Source of the DNA: Patescibacteria group bacterium
GTDB lineage: Bacteria; Patescibacteriota; Minisyncoccia; Sungbacterales; JBBTQR01
DNA: 18,060 bases
Assembly (NCBI GenBank): GCA_038065595.1
Contig: JBBTQR010000017.1
Coordinates: forward strand, 1 to 18,060
Direction: 5' to 3'
Below are positions 1 through 7,329 of the stretch, piece by piece. Every line of letters begins with the position of its first letter. The first letter of the stretch is position 1. Position numbers and translations under genes: made by a program. The notes beneath the pieces are model-generated. The model made no database searches and was not told the origin of the DNA. It was given only the letters and a program-made list of their open reading frames with translations.

Positions 1-214
1 GAACTTACCTGAATCGCTCAGGCCAGCGTCTGCCTCAATGTGAGGCGAGCGCATTAGGTATAAAAAGGCTTACGCCCAGTGCGCTCGACTCATAAATAAG
101 GCTGGATTCAAAGAACTTTGATCTTGACATTTAAGTATAGCAAATATTAGGAGTTTTGTCAAGAGCAACAGGTAATGTGCACACACATATGGCGGTTTCT
201 CCTACAATGGAGGA

Positions 215-580
215 ATGAGCATATATATGTGTGCACATTACCCAGAACTCTTGACATCGCTGACACTTCAGCACTTTCGATATATCTCAAAGACAAAACA
301 CAGGACGTTCACCCTCGACAATGGAACTGAGTTTAGCGATTGGGAACGGCTCGAAAAGAAGAGTGGAGCAACGGTATATTTCGCATACCCCTATCACTTC
401 TGGGGGCGTGGCAGCAACGAGAATACGAACGGTCTCTTGCGGCAGTACTTTCCAAAATCGTACGACTTCAATCTCATCACGGCCGAGGAATTGGCACAGG
501 TGGTACGCCGGTTGAACGAGCGCCCACGGAAGAGACTTGATTTCCAGAGTCCGAAACAGATGTTTTTTAAAAAGAGCTAG
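215..580 (+). pseudogene. IS30-family transposase, C-terminal DDE-domain fragment (5'-truncated remnant)
   Basis: The translation TLDNGTEF…VYFAYPYHFWGRGSNENTNGLLRQYFPKSYDF…LNERPRKRLDFQSPKQMF matches, from memory, the conserved C-terminal half of IS30 transposases (DNGxEF … NENTNGLxRxYFPKG … NxRPRK). The frame stays open upstream only to a stop at 173-175. No catalytic N-terminal half (HTH, first D) is visible in any frame of 1-214, so this is a truncated remnant, not an intact IS. Confidence 0.75.
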
Positions 581-617
581 GGTTGCAATTAGAGTGCTAA
601 TTTAGTCCGGGGCGATT

Positions 618-662
618 AAAACACATACCAACATTCTCAAGAATGTTGGTATGTGTTTTTTC
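618..662. terminator. Bidirectional rho-independent terminator
   Basis: Perfect inverted repeat acacataccaacattc / gaatgttggtatgtgt at 621-656 with a 4-nt loop. It is flanked by an A-run upstream and TTTTT downstream. It sits between the + transposase remnant and the end of the minus-strand operon (stop at 691). Confidence 0.7.
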
Positions 663-690
663 AAAAAAACTGCGTATATCCCTGTTCATA

Positions 691-912
691 TTACATGCTC
701 ACTTCAATAATTTTAACTCTTTGTGTTGCTCCCGAAATAATAACAACCGCGCTTTGAGAAACTCCGAAATAATCCGCAATGAGACGGATAATTGCCCAAT
801 TTGCCCGCCCTTCAATGGGCGGTTCTGTTATAGAAACCCGATATTCAAATTCCGAGATTTTTTCAACCGCATCATGATGCGCGCGTGGCTTAGCGTGTAC
901 GGTTATGCGCAT
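691..912 (-). CDS. YggU/DUF167 family protein (UPF0235)
   Basis: 73 aa with an ATG start. The sequence VHAKP…EG.AN…II..IA..FGV…V.IISGATQRVKII resembles the DUF167 family. It lies 4 nt downstream of bcp, so it is probably translationally coupled. Confidence 0.6.
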   Translation of the reverse strand: MRITVHAKPRAHHDAVEKISEFEYRVSITEPPIEGRANWAIIRLIADYFGVSQSAVVIISGATQRVKIIEVSM

Positions 913-916
913 ATTT

Positions 917-1435
917 TTAACGAATTAAATCGGTCAAAACATTCTCTGCGTGTTCCGCCGGTTTTACATCTGTATATATTTTTATTATTTCCCCGCGCGG
1001 ATTTATAAGAAACGATGCGCGAAAAGTCCCCAGATATTCCCTGCCCATAAATTTTTTCTTACCCCATACGCCGTATTTTTTTACGACAATTTTTTTCTCA
1101 TCAGATAAAAGTATAAATGGCAACGAATATTTTTCTTTAAATTTTCTATGGCTTTTAGACGGATCTATGGATACGCCAAGCACAAGCGTATCCATTTTTT
1201 CAAATCGCGAAAATGTGTCGCGAATACCGCACGCTTCTTTTGTACATCCCGGCGTATCGTCTTTCGGATAAAAATAAAGCAATACCCAATGCCCAAGGTA
1301 ATCGGAAAGCTTGTGCGTCATTCCGTCCTGATCTGGCAATTCAAAATCCGGAGCTCTATCCCCCACGGCAAGTTTTCGTCCCAAAAGTGGCTCTACTTTC
1401 GGTGCAGATTTTTGTTTTTGCATAATTTTACACAA
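917..1435 (-). CDS. bcp: Peroxiredoxin Bcp (thiol peroxidase, PrxQ/BCP family)
   Basis: Peroxidatic-Cys motif FYPKDDTPGCTKEAC and the PDF.LPDQDG N-terminus. The position 1435 start is a TTG. An in-frame ATG at 1423 (MQKQK…) lies 15 nt downstream of a TATATAAT box and is the more likely start. Confidence 0.9.
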   Translation of the reverse strand: MCKIMQKQKSAPKVEPLLGRKLAVGDRAPDFELPDQDGMTHKLSDYLGHWVLLYFYPKDDTPGCTKEACGIRDTFSRFEKMDTLVLGVSIDPSKSHRKFKEKYSLPFILLSDEKKIVVKKYGVWGKKKFMGREYLGTFRASFLINPRGEIIKIYTDVKPAEHAENVLTDLIR

Positions 1436-1454
1436 TTAATTATATATTTGCGCT

Positions 1455-1784
1455 CTATCTATTATCCCCGCTTCCTTGAATCTGTCCCCGATTTTTTCGG
1501 GACTGAAGTTTTTCTAAATTAGCAATCGCTATATCATCAATTAACAGGTCAAGTTCAGTTGAAATCTGCGCCACATACCACAAAACATCCCCTAATTCTT
1601 TTTTTATTTCCCCTCTATGTTCCGGTTTTACCACTCCTTCGTGATCGCGAATAATTTTTTTTATCTTTTCCGCTACTTCTCCTGCTTCTCCGGCAAGTCC
1701 CAAAGTCGGGTATATAAAATTACTTCCAATGTTTGGATAAACTGCAGTTTCTCTTGATTTTTTCTGATACTCTTCAAATGTCAT
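1455..1784 (-). CDS. MazG-like nucleoside triphosphate pyrophosphohydrolase (small all-alpha NTP-PPase)
   Basis: 109 aa with a MazG-family metal-binding EE..E..D signature: GLAGEAGEVAEKIKK … ELGDVLWYVAQIS. Confidence 0.8.
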   Translation of the reverse strand: MTFEEYQKKSRETAVYPNIGSNFIYPTLGLAGEAGEVAEKIKKIIRDHEGVVKPEHRGEIKKELGDVLWYVAQISTELDLLIDDIAIANLEKLQSRKNRGQIQGSGDNR

Positions 1785-1793
1785 AACCGTATT

Positions 1794-2429
1794 TTAGCTC
1801 ACTTTTGCTCCGCTTACTACAGATTTTTCAGGCATTAAAAGTACCGGACCCTGCTCGCTCTGCGCGGCCAAAAGCATTCCGTTACTCTCCAGTCCCATCA
1901 GTTTTCTTTGCACCAAATTTGCCACGATAATAATTTCACGGTTCATAAGATTATCTGGTTCATAATTTTTACCAATGCCCGCAACGATCTGTCGTTGTTC
2001 ATTACCAAGCGCAAGCTCCAACCGAATTAGTTTTTCAGAGTTTGGCACCCGTTCTGCTTTGACAATTTTTGCCACACGCAAATCAATTTTTTGAAAATCA
2101 GCAAATTCAATAAATTTTAACACCTCTGTTGTTTTAACCGCCGTTTTCTGTTCTCCGCTCACCATTGTTTGCACCACAATACAACCCCGTCTCCATTCAG
2201 GCTTTTCGCCGGTACTGTATACGATGCACAAAAACCCCAAAAGAAGTGCTAACCCATTGGGTAAAAAAAGGGCAATAAGCGTATCACTTGCCGAATGTGA
2301 GCGCGAATCAATAAGCAAAAAAGTCATTACGAAAAGTATGATAAAAATAGCCGTCACGATCCACCCCTCCCACGAGGCAGGCATCCGTCCATAGCCATAC
2401 ATTTTTGTACGAAACCAAATTTTGTTCAT
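1794..2429 (-). CDS. Membrane-anchored tRNA-binding domain protein (CsaA/Trbp111/EMAP-like OB-fold, Myf domain)
   Basis: The N-terminal ~85 aa contain two hydrophobic helices (WIVTAIFIILFVMTFLLI; LIALFLPNGLALLLGFLCIV). The C-terminal ~110 aa, DLRVAKIVKAERVPNSEKLIRLELALGNEQRQIVAGIGKNYEPDNLMNREIIIVANLVQRKLMGLESNGMLLAA, match the tRNA-binding domain found in CsaA and the MetRS C-terminus. A TATAAAAT box lies 6 nt before the ATG. Confidence 0.7.
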   Translation of the reverse strand: MNKIWFRTKMYGYGRMPASWEGWIVTAIFIILFVMTFLLIDSRSHSASDTLIALFLPNGLALLLGFLCIVYSTGEKPEWRRGCIVVQTMVSGEQKTAVKTTEVLKFIEFADFQKIDLRVAKIVKAERVPNSEKLIRLELALGNEQRQIVAGIGKNYEPDNLMNREIIIVANLVQRKLMGLESNGMLLAAQSEQGPVLLMPEKSVVSGAKVS

Positions 2430-2537
2430 ATCATATTTTATAGAACCTCACCGCGCGTTTCAGTCTTTTTGCGCAAGACAATACATTGGACTTTCTCCAC
2501 ATCAATACTTTGAAGTATTGATGTGAGCGCATGCCCC

Positions 2538-3011
2538 CTATACAGTTAAAATTTTGAGCGACTGCTTAATAATATTTTTATCCTTAAAAGTAAACGCGCC
2601 GGCAAAACGATTTCCCTCAAAAAGTTTCGGTAGCCAAATTTTATCATCTGCCCACATGAGATGATATGGGATTTCGTGTTTTTTAAACCACTGCGGGCGC
2701 ATCTCTTCGGATTCAGTCGGCTCGCCTGTAAATTTTTTAACGCTAAAAATATGCACCTCCATAAGCTTTGGATCGCCAACAAATTCAAACACATTCACGC
2801 CTATTTTTTCAATTTCTAGAGCGTGAATACCCGATTCTTCCAAAAGTTCCCGTTTTGCAGCATCTTCAATGCTTTCCCCTTCCTCAACTTTCCCGCCAAA
2901 TCCGTTCCACAAACCCTCTCCAAGTCCCCGTTTTTTCATACCCAAAAGAACATCCGTTTCAGTATGGACAAGGCACAATGAATAAAGTTTTTTATATTGA
3001 AAATTTTCCAT
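2538..3011 (-). CDS. Nudix hydrolase, MTH1/NUDT1-like 8-oxo-dGTP diphosphatase
   Basis: Nudix box GGKVEEGESIEDAAKRELLEESGI. Similarity extends along the full length to the human MTH1 pattern as recalled from memory (LGMKKRG.G.G.WNGFGGKV.EGE.IED.A.REL.EESG … VFEFVG.P.LM.VH.F … E.DEMRP.WF … MW.DD..W.P). Confidence 0.85.
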   Translation of the reverse strand: MENFQYKKLYSLCLVHTETDVLLGMKKRGLGEGLWNGFGGKVEEGESIEDAAKRELLEESGIHALEIEKIGVNVFEFVGDPKLMEVHIFSVKKFTGEPTESEEMRPQWFKKHEIPYHLMWADDKIWLPKLFEGNRFAGAFTFKDKNIIKQSLKILTV

Positions 3012-3039
3012 GCACAGCTTTTATAGAGCATACAGCATA

Positions 3040-3068
3040 TTGCATTTTTAGAAAATACACACTATGCT
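3040..3068 (+). promoter_or_regulatory. Candidate sigma70-type promoter for the zinc-ribbon gene pair
   Basis: TTGCAT (3040-3045), 17-nt spacer, TATGCT (3063-3068). It is about 45 nt upstream of the GGGAGGG Shine-Dalgarno and the ATG at 3115. Confidence 0.4.
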
Positions 3069-3114
3069 ATAAAAACTTATTTAAAGCTCTTTATCAAAAA
3101 AATAGGGAGGGTAT

Positions 3115-3318
3115 ATGTTTTTTGGAATAACAATGCACTGTAGCACGTGCGATGCAAATATTGGGATAGGCGAAACGCGAATTTGTGAAATCTGCGATCC
3201 AACGATAACGCCGTGGGTAACATGGATAACCGATTGGAAATCAAAAACTCCAAAATTATGCGATGCGTGTTTTGAAAAACATATGAGTGCGCATAAAAAA
3301 AACGAAAGTGGTGATTAG
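3115..3318 (+). CDS. Small Cys-rich zinc-ribbon protein (3x CxxC), function unknown
   Basis: 67 aa with a strong SD (AGGGAGGG, 5 nt before ATG). CSTC, CEIC and CDAC motifs are present. Confidence 0.6.
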   Translation: MFFGITMHCSTCDANIGIGETRICEICDPTITPWVTWITDWKSKTPKLCDACFEKHMSAHKKNESGD

Positions 3319-3319
3319 C

Positions 3320-3646
3320 ATGGCTTCCAAAGAAAAAATCAATCAGGTTATTTACGAATACATAAATCGCACGCATGAGCTTTTTTTGCGAAATCGGATG
3401 CCAAATCAAAATGACCAAGATTATTTTATTGATTGTCCGGACTGTGAGAAAGAAAAATCACTTCAATACCACACGAACCATGCAAACGCCGTGAATTGGT
3501 ACTGCGTATGGAGTAAGTGTACATTTCAATTTCCCCCCGACCTTGTCCCGCCAAGTCCCGAAGAACTTGCAAGCGTTTTTTTATACGAAGAAGTACTCGC
3601 TCTAAAACAGCGCGTGGACAAATTGCTTGATTCCTCAAAACGCTAA
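3320..3646 (+). CDS. Small zinc-ribbon protein with C-terminal coiled-coil, function unknown
   Basis: The ATG at 3320 is 1 nt after the upstream stop and has a GGTGA SD, so it looks translationally coupled. The track ORF 3287.. is the longer alternative. The protein has CPDC … C.W.KC and a C-terminal helical tail. Confidence 0.55.
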   Translation: MASKEKINQVIYEYINRTHELFLRNRMPNQNDQDYFIDCPDCEKEKSLQYHTNHANAVNWYCVWSKCTFQFPPDLVPPSPEELASVFLYEEVLALKQRVDKLLDSSKR

Positions 3647-3666
3647 AAAATTACACATAAACAGAC

Positions 3667-3692
3667 ACCTCGCCACGCGCGAGGTTTTTTTG
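3667..3692. terminator. Rho-independent terminator (probably bidirectional)
   Basis: Hairpin cctcgc-cacgc-gcgagg followed by TTTTTTT. It lies between the convergent genes ending at 3646 (+) and 3702 (-). Confidence 0.65.
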
Positions 3693-3701
3693 TATAAAAA
3701 A

Positions 3702-4946
3702 CTACTCATACCGCAACGCTTCAATGGGGCTTTTAAGCGATGCTTTTCGCGCGGGATAAATTCCAAAAACAAGCCCCGTAAGCGTGGAGATGCCCACTGC
3801 TAAAAATATAGAGTTCAGCGAAAGAATAAATATCCAACCGGTCGTGAGAAATTGCTGAAGTGCAAAATACGCAAGCGCAACAACCAAAGAACCAAGCGCG
3901 ATTCCGATTATTCCCCCAGCAAAAGTAAGAATTACCGCCTCCAATAAAAACTGCTGGAGAATGTCGCCATTCGTAGCGCCGACCGCTTTCCGAAGTCCTA
4001 TTTCTTTCGTTCGCTCAACAACAGACACAAGCATAATATTCATAATTCCGATACCGCCGACAATAAGCGAAATGAAAGCGATTGATGTCAAAAAAATAGT
4101 CATAATGGAAGTGATATTTCCTAAGAGCGAAAGGGCGTCTTCCTGCGTTCGAATGGAAAAATCATCTTTATCCGGATCGGTAATGCGATGATTTTGGCGA
4201 ATAACAGAGGTAATGCGCCCCTTTGTAAATTCAATGATGTAAGCGTCATTTGCTTGAATAGTAACGCTGTTGTAATAATCAATTCCTAAAAGTTGTTTTT
4301 GCGCGAGTAAAATCGGAAGAAGAATGAGATTATCCTGATCAACCCCGAAAGGCCCGATCCCCTTCTGCTCTAAAATACCAACGACGCGAAACGAAAGATC
4401 TTTAAGACGAATAACTTTACCAATTGGGTCTTTCTCGCCAAAAAGTGTTCGTGCGATTTCTGAACCAAGCACGGCAACGCGATTAAGGGATTCATTGTCC
4501 GATGCAGAAAAACTTCTTCCCCGTGCGATTTCAAAATTCCGTATGGCGAAAAATTCTTCCGTCGTTCCTGTATAGGTAATCATTGCGTCGTTATTTTCAT
4601 AGACAACCCGTGCCTGTCCGCGAACCTCTGGAGCAGCGCGAATAACACTCGGTTCGCGCCTGAGCGCATCAATGTCCGCTTTCACGAGCGTTTTAATGAT
4701 TACTCCTTGCACCGACGCAGGAGAAGCAAATCTAGAGCCTTTTGTAGCGCCCGGAACGACAAAAATTAAATTTGATCCTATTCCCTGCACCTGACTTAAA
4801 ATAAGATTTTGCGCGGAAGCGCCGATTGACATAAGAACGATAACCGATGATATGCCAATAATAACACCGAGCATCGTCAATGCGGAGCGAACTTTTGCGT
4901 GCCGAATGCCGGCAACTGCCGTTCTAAAAGAATCAATAAGGCGCAT
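3702..4946 (-). CDS. ABC transporter permease, MacB/FtsX family (MacB periplasmic domain + FtsX 4-TM domain)
   Basis: 414 aa. It has an N-terminal TM helix, a large extracytoplasmic domain, and three C-terminal TM helices in the FtsX arrangement. It sits downstream of an ABC ATPase and a membrane-fusion protein. Confidence 0.85.
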   Translation of the reverse strand: MRLIDSFRTAVAGIRHAKVRSALTMLGVIIGISSVIVLMSIGASAQNLILSQVQGIGSNLIFVVPGATKGSRFASPASVQGVIIKTLVKADIDALRREPSVIRAAPEVRGQARVVYENNDAMITYTGTTEEFFAIRNFEIARGRSFSASDNESLNRVAVLGSEIARTLFGEKDPIGKVIRLKDLSFRVVGILEQKGIGPFGVDQDNLILLPILLAQKQLLGIDYYNSVTIQANDAYIIEFTKGRITSVIRQNHRITDPDKDDFSIRTQEDALSLLGNITSIMTIFLTSIAFISLIVGGIGIMNIMLVSVVERTKEIGLRKAVGATNGDILQQFLLEAVILTFAGGIIGIALGSLVVALAYFALQQFLTTGWIFILSLNSIFLAVGISTLTGLVFGIYPARKASLKSPIEALRYE

Positions 4947-4994
4947 ATAAATTTCTACATTATAATTTCCAATGCAACGCGTACATGGCGTAAT

Positions 4995-5705
4995 TTATTT
5001 AAAAAATCCCTCTCCGTTTATGCGGTGTTTTTTCATCAGTTCGTCAACTTCAATCTCCCCATCTTTAAGACGAATAAGGCGATTGGCAAATTCAGCGGTA
5101 TAGGTCTCATGCGTCACCAAAATTATCGTGTGCCCCCCTTTGTTTAGTTTTTCCAAAATATCCATAATCTGCGCGCCAGCGGCAGAGTCAAGATTTCCTG
5201 TCGGCTCATCAGCAAAAATAACATTCGGCTTATTAACAAGTGCTCGCGCTATGGCAACTCGTTGCTTCTGTCCGCCAGACAATTTTCCTGCCTCAGTGTA
5301 TGTTTTTTCAGAAAGTCCAACGGACTGAATCGCTTCCTCAATGCACGAACGGCGCTGTGAAGGAGGGCTATCGGAATATATAAGTGGCATCTCAACATTC
5401 TCGTACACGGTTGAACGCGACAAAAGATTGAATGATTGAAAAACAAATCCCATTTCGCGATTCCTAATTCGCGCTAAGTCAGCATCAGAAAGCTCGCCGA
5501 TGCTTTTTCCAAAAAATGTGTACACACCGCTCGTCGGACGGTCCATAAAACTCAAAATATGAAGAAGCGTTGATTTTCCGGATCCAGACGGACCCATAAT
5601 TGATACGAATTCACCTTTTTTAATTTCAAAAGAAACGCTTTTAAGCGCTGTGATCGGAGCCCCCTCATCAGTAAATTTTTTCGTAATGCTTTCTGCGATA
5701 ATCAT
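4995..5705 (-). CDS. ABC transporter ATP-binding protein (MacB/LolD-like)
   Basis: Walker A GPSGSGKST, ABC signature LSGGQKQRVAIARAL, Walker B IIFADEPTGNLD, and H-loop. It has an ATGA start/stop overlap with the upstream MFP gene. Confidence 0.95.
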   Translation of the reverse strand: MIIAESITKKFTDEGAPITALKSVSFEIKKGEFVSIMGPSGSGKSTLLHILSFMDRPTSGVYTFFGKSIGELSDADLARIRNREMGFVFQSFNLLSRSTVYENVEMPLIYSDSPPSQRRSCIEEAIQSVGLSEKTYTEAGKLSGGQKQRVAIARALVNKPNVIFADEPTGNLDSAAGAQIMDILEKLNKGGHTIILVTHETYTAEFANRLIRLKDGEIEVDELMKKHRINGEGFFK

Positions 5706-7264
5706 TCGCCCGCTTCTTTAAGTCCGACATTTATAACTCGTTCCCCCTCGCTAACACCAGAAACAATTTCTACAAGCCCCTCTTTACCGCGCACGCCAAT
5801 AATAACGGGCACATCTATGATTTTTTTGCCGTTTCTTTTACGAACAAATACTCCATTATCAGTTTCTACGATTGCAAATTGCGGTAATACCAAAACTCCA
5901 TCTTTACGAGCTGTTTCAATAGAAAGATTCGCGGTAAGCCCGCTTTTTAGGCGTGGGTCATACGCATCAAAACTAATAAAAATTTTAAAATTAACCACTC
6001 CGTCAACAATCGTCTCTCCGGGTTCAATAGAAAAAACTTTTCCGATAAAACTCTCTTCCGAAAAAGCATCCACGGTAATCGCAACAAAATTCCCAATTAA
6101 AATTTTTCCAATATCAACCTCCGGAACAAACACTTCAATTTCGTTCTGCTCAAGCGAAATAACCGAAACAATCGCAGAATGTGGCGCGATAATTTCTCCC
6201 TGTTTTGCGTCTTGTTTTGTGATGATTCCATTTATTGGTGAACGAAGAATATTTTTTTCAATCTGTGCGCGAATTCCAATCACCTTCGCTTCCGCCCCCT
6301 TAACTTCCGCAACCTGCACAGCGATTTCTTCCAAAGTTGGTCCTGCCTTTTTAAGGATCAGCTCATTTTTTTCAAGTAGTGAAGAGGAATTGGCGACGCG
6401 AAATTTCTCCTCCGCCGCGGAAAGATTTGTAATGGCGGTATTGATGTTTGTCCGCGCGGTTGAAATGTTCAATCTATATCCGTCAATAGTCGCCTGCGTC
6501 AATCCACCTCCCGCAATCAAGCTATTAACTCCTAAGGCAATCAGATCGGTAAAACCCCTAACCGTTTCAAGATTTTTTTTCGCATCAGCGATGCCAATAG
6601 TCGCGTTTTTGAACGATGAAACAGAAAAATTCTGTTCTGCCCACACGCGAAGGATCTGCTCAATCAAAAATCGCTGATTTTCTGCTAACTGTTTTTGATA
6701 AAATCCTATGATAGAAATCTGCGGACTTGAACTTCGTGGATTATTAAAAAGCTGATCAACAAGATTTCTCACCGCGTCATCGGATTTTGTATATGCGTCG
6801 CGCAACCTATCAAAAAGATTTTGCTCCGCATCTTCAATGGCAATTTCTGCGCTTCGCACTTTTACCTCTTGAATGGCAATCTCTTCTGGACGAGTTCCTT
6901 GCCGTAATTGATCAAGTTTTGCATTTTGTGTCGCGACGCTCGCTTCCATCTGCAAAAGTTCTGCAGACAACTCTTTTTGATCAAGCTCCACAAGAATCTG
7001 TCCCGTTAAAATACGATCTCCGACGCGTGAAAAGACCCGCCGTACCTTCCCTGACCCCTCAAAAGAAAGGGAAACGCTCTCAGTTGGTTTTATTTTCCCG
7101 GTCACAATTACCTCCTCTGCAACGGTTCCGCGAACCACTTCAATGGTTTCTAATTTTGGTGTGGAACTTTTGAAAAAAATATAATACACTCCGACGATTC
7201 CAATTATAATCGCGAGAGGAACAATGAAAGCTTTTTTTAAAATTATTCCAGTAATTATTTTCAT
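5702..7264 (-). CDS. Efflux membrane-fusion (periplasmic adaptor) protein, HlyD/MacA family, long coiled-coil variant
   Basis: 520 aa. It has an N-terminal TM anchor and biotinyl/lipoyl-like beta segments (VVRGTVAEEVIVTGKIKP … ILTGQILVELD). A long helical-hairpin region and a C-terminal beta-barrel follow. It is the first gene of a three-gene operon. Confidence 0.85.
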   Translation of the reverse strand: MKIITGIILKKAFIVPLAIIIGIVGVYYIFFKSSTPKLETIEVVRGTVAEEVIVTGKIKPTESVSLSFEGSGKVRRVFSRVGDRILTGQILVELDQKELSAELLQMEASVATQNAKLDQLRQGTRPEEIAIQEVKVRSAEIAIEDAEQNLFDRLRDAYTKSDDAVRNLVDQLFNNPRSSSPQISIIGFYQKQLAENQRFLIEQILRVWAEQNFSVSSFKNATIGIADAKKNLETVRGFTDLIALGVNSLIAGGGLTQATIDGYRLNISTARTNINTAITNLSAAEEKFRVANSSSLLEKNELILKKAGPTLEEIAVQVAEVKGAEAKVIGIRAQIEKNILRSPINGIITKQDAKQGEIIAPHSAIVSVISLEQNEIEVFVPEVDIGKILIGNFVAITVDAFSEESFIGKVFSIEPGETIVDGVVNFKIFISFDAYDPRLKSGLTANLSIETARKDGVLVLPQFAIVETDNGVFVRKRNGKKIIDVPVIIGVRGKEGLVEIVSGVSEGERVINVGLKEAGE

Positions 7265-7275
7265 AGTACAGCGTC

Positions 7276-7310
7276 ATTGTATCATAAAAAAATTTCACCA
7301 CCTATACCCG
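7276..7310 (-). promoter_or_regulatory. Candidate extended -10 promoter for the efflux operon
   Basis: The minus strand reads TGATACAAT (TGnTACAAT) at 7284..7276. The MFP ATG is about 12 nt downstream with no SD, giving a short-leader mRNA. Confidence 0.4.
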
Positions 7311-7329
7311 CGACATCACCACTTTCAAT

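Noticed and set aside
5817-6677. A 286-aa + strand ORF, and several other 60-130-aa ORFs, lying antisense within well-supported genes (for example 643-1008, 1148-1522, 2768-3130, 3961-4191, 9608-9913, 16037-16679, 16951-17542).
   Set aside because: They are fully embedded in, and opposite to, genes with strong family-level evidence. Their low-complexity, S/F/L-rich translations are typical of antisense frames of K/E-rich genes.
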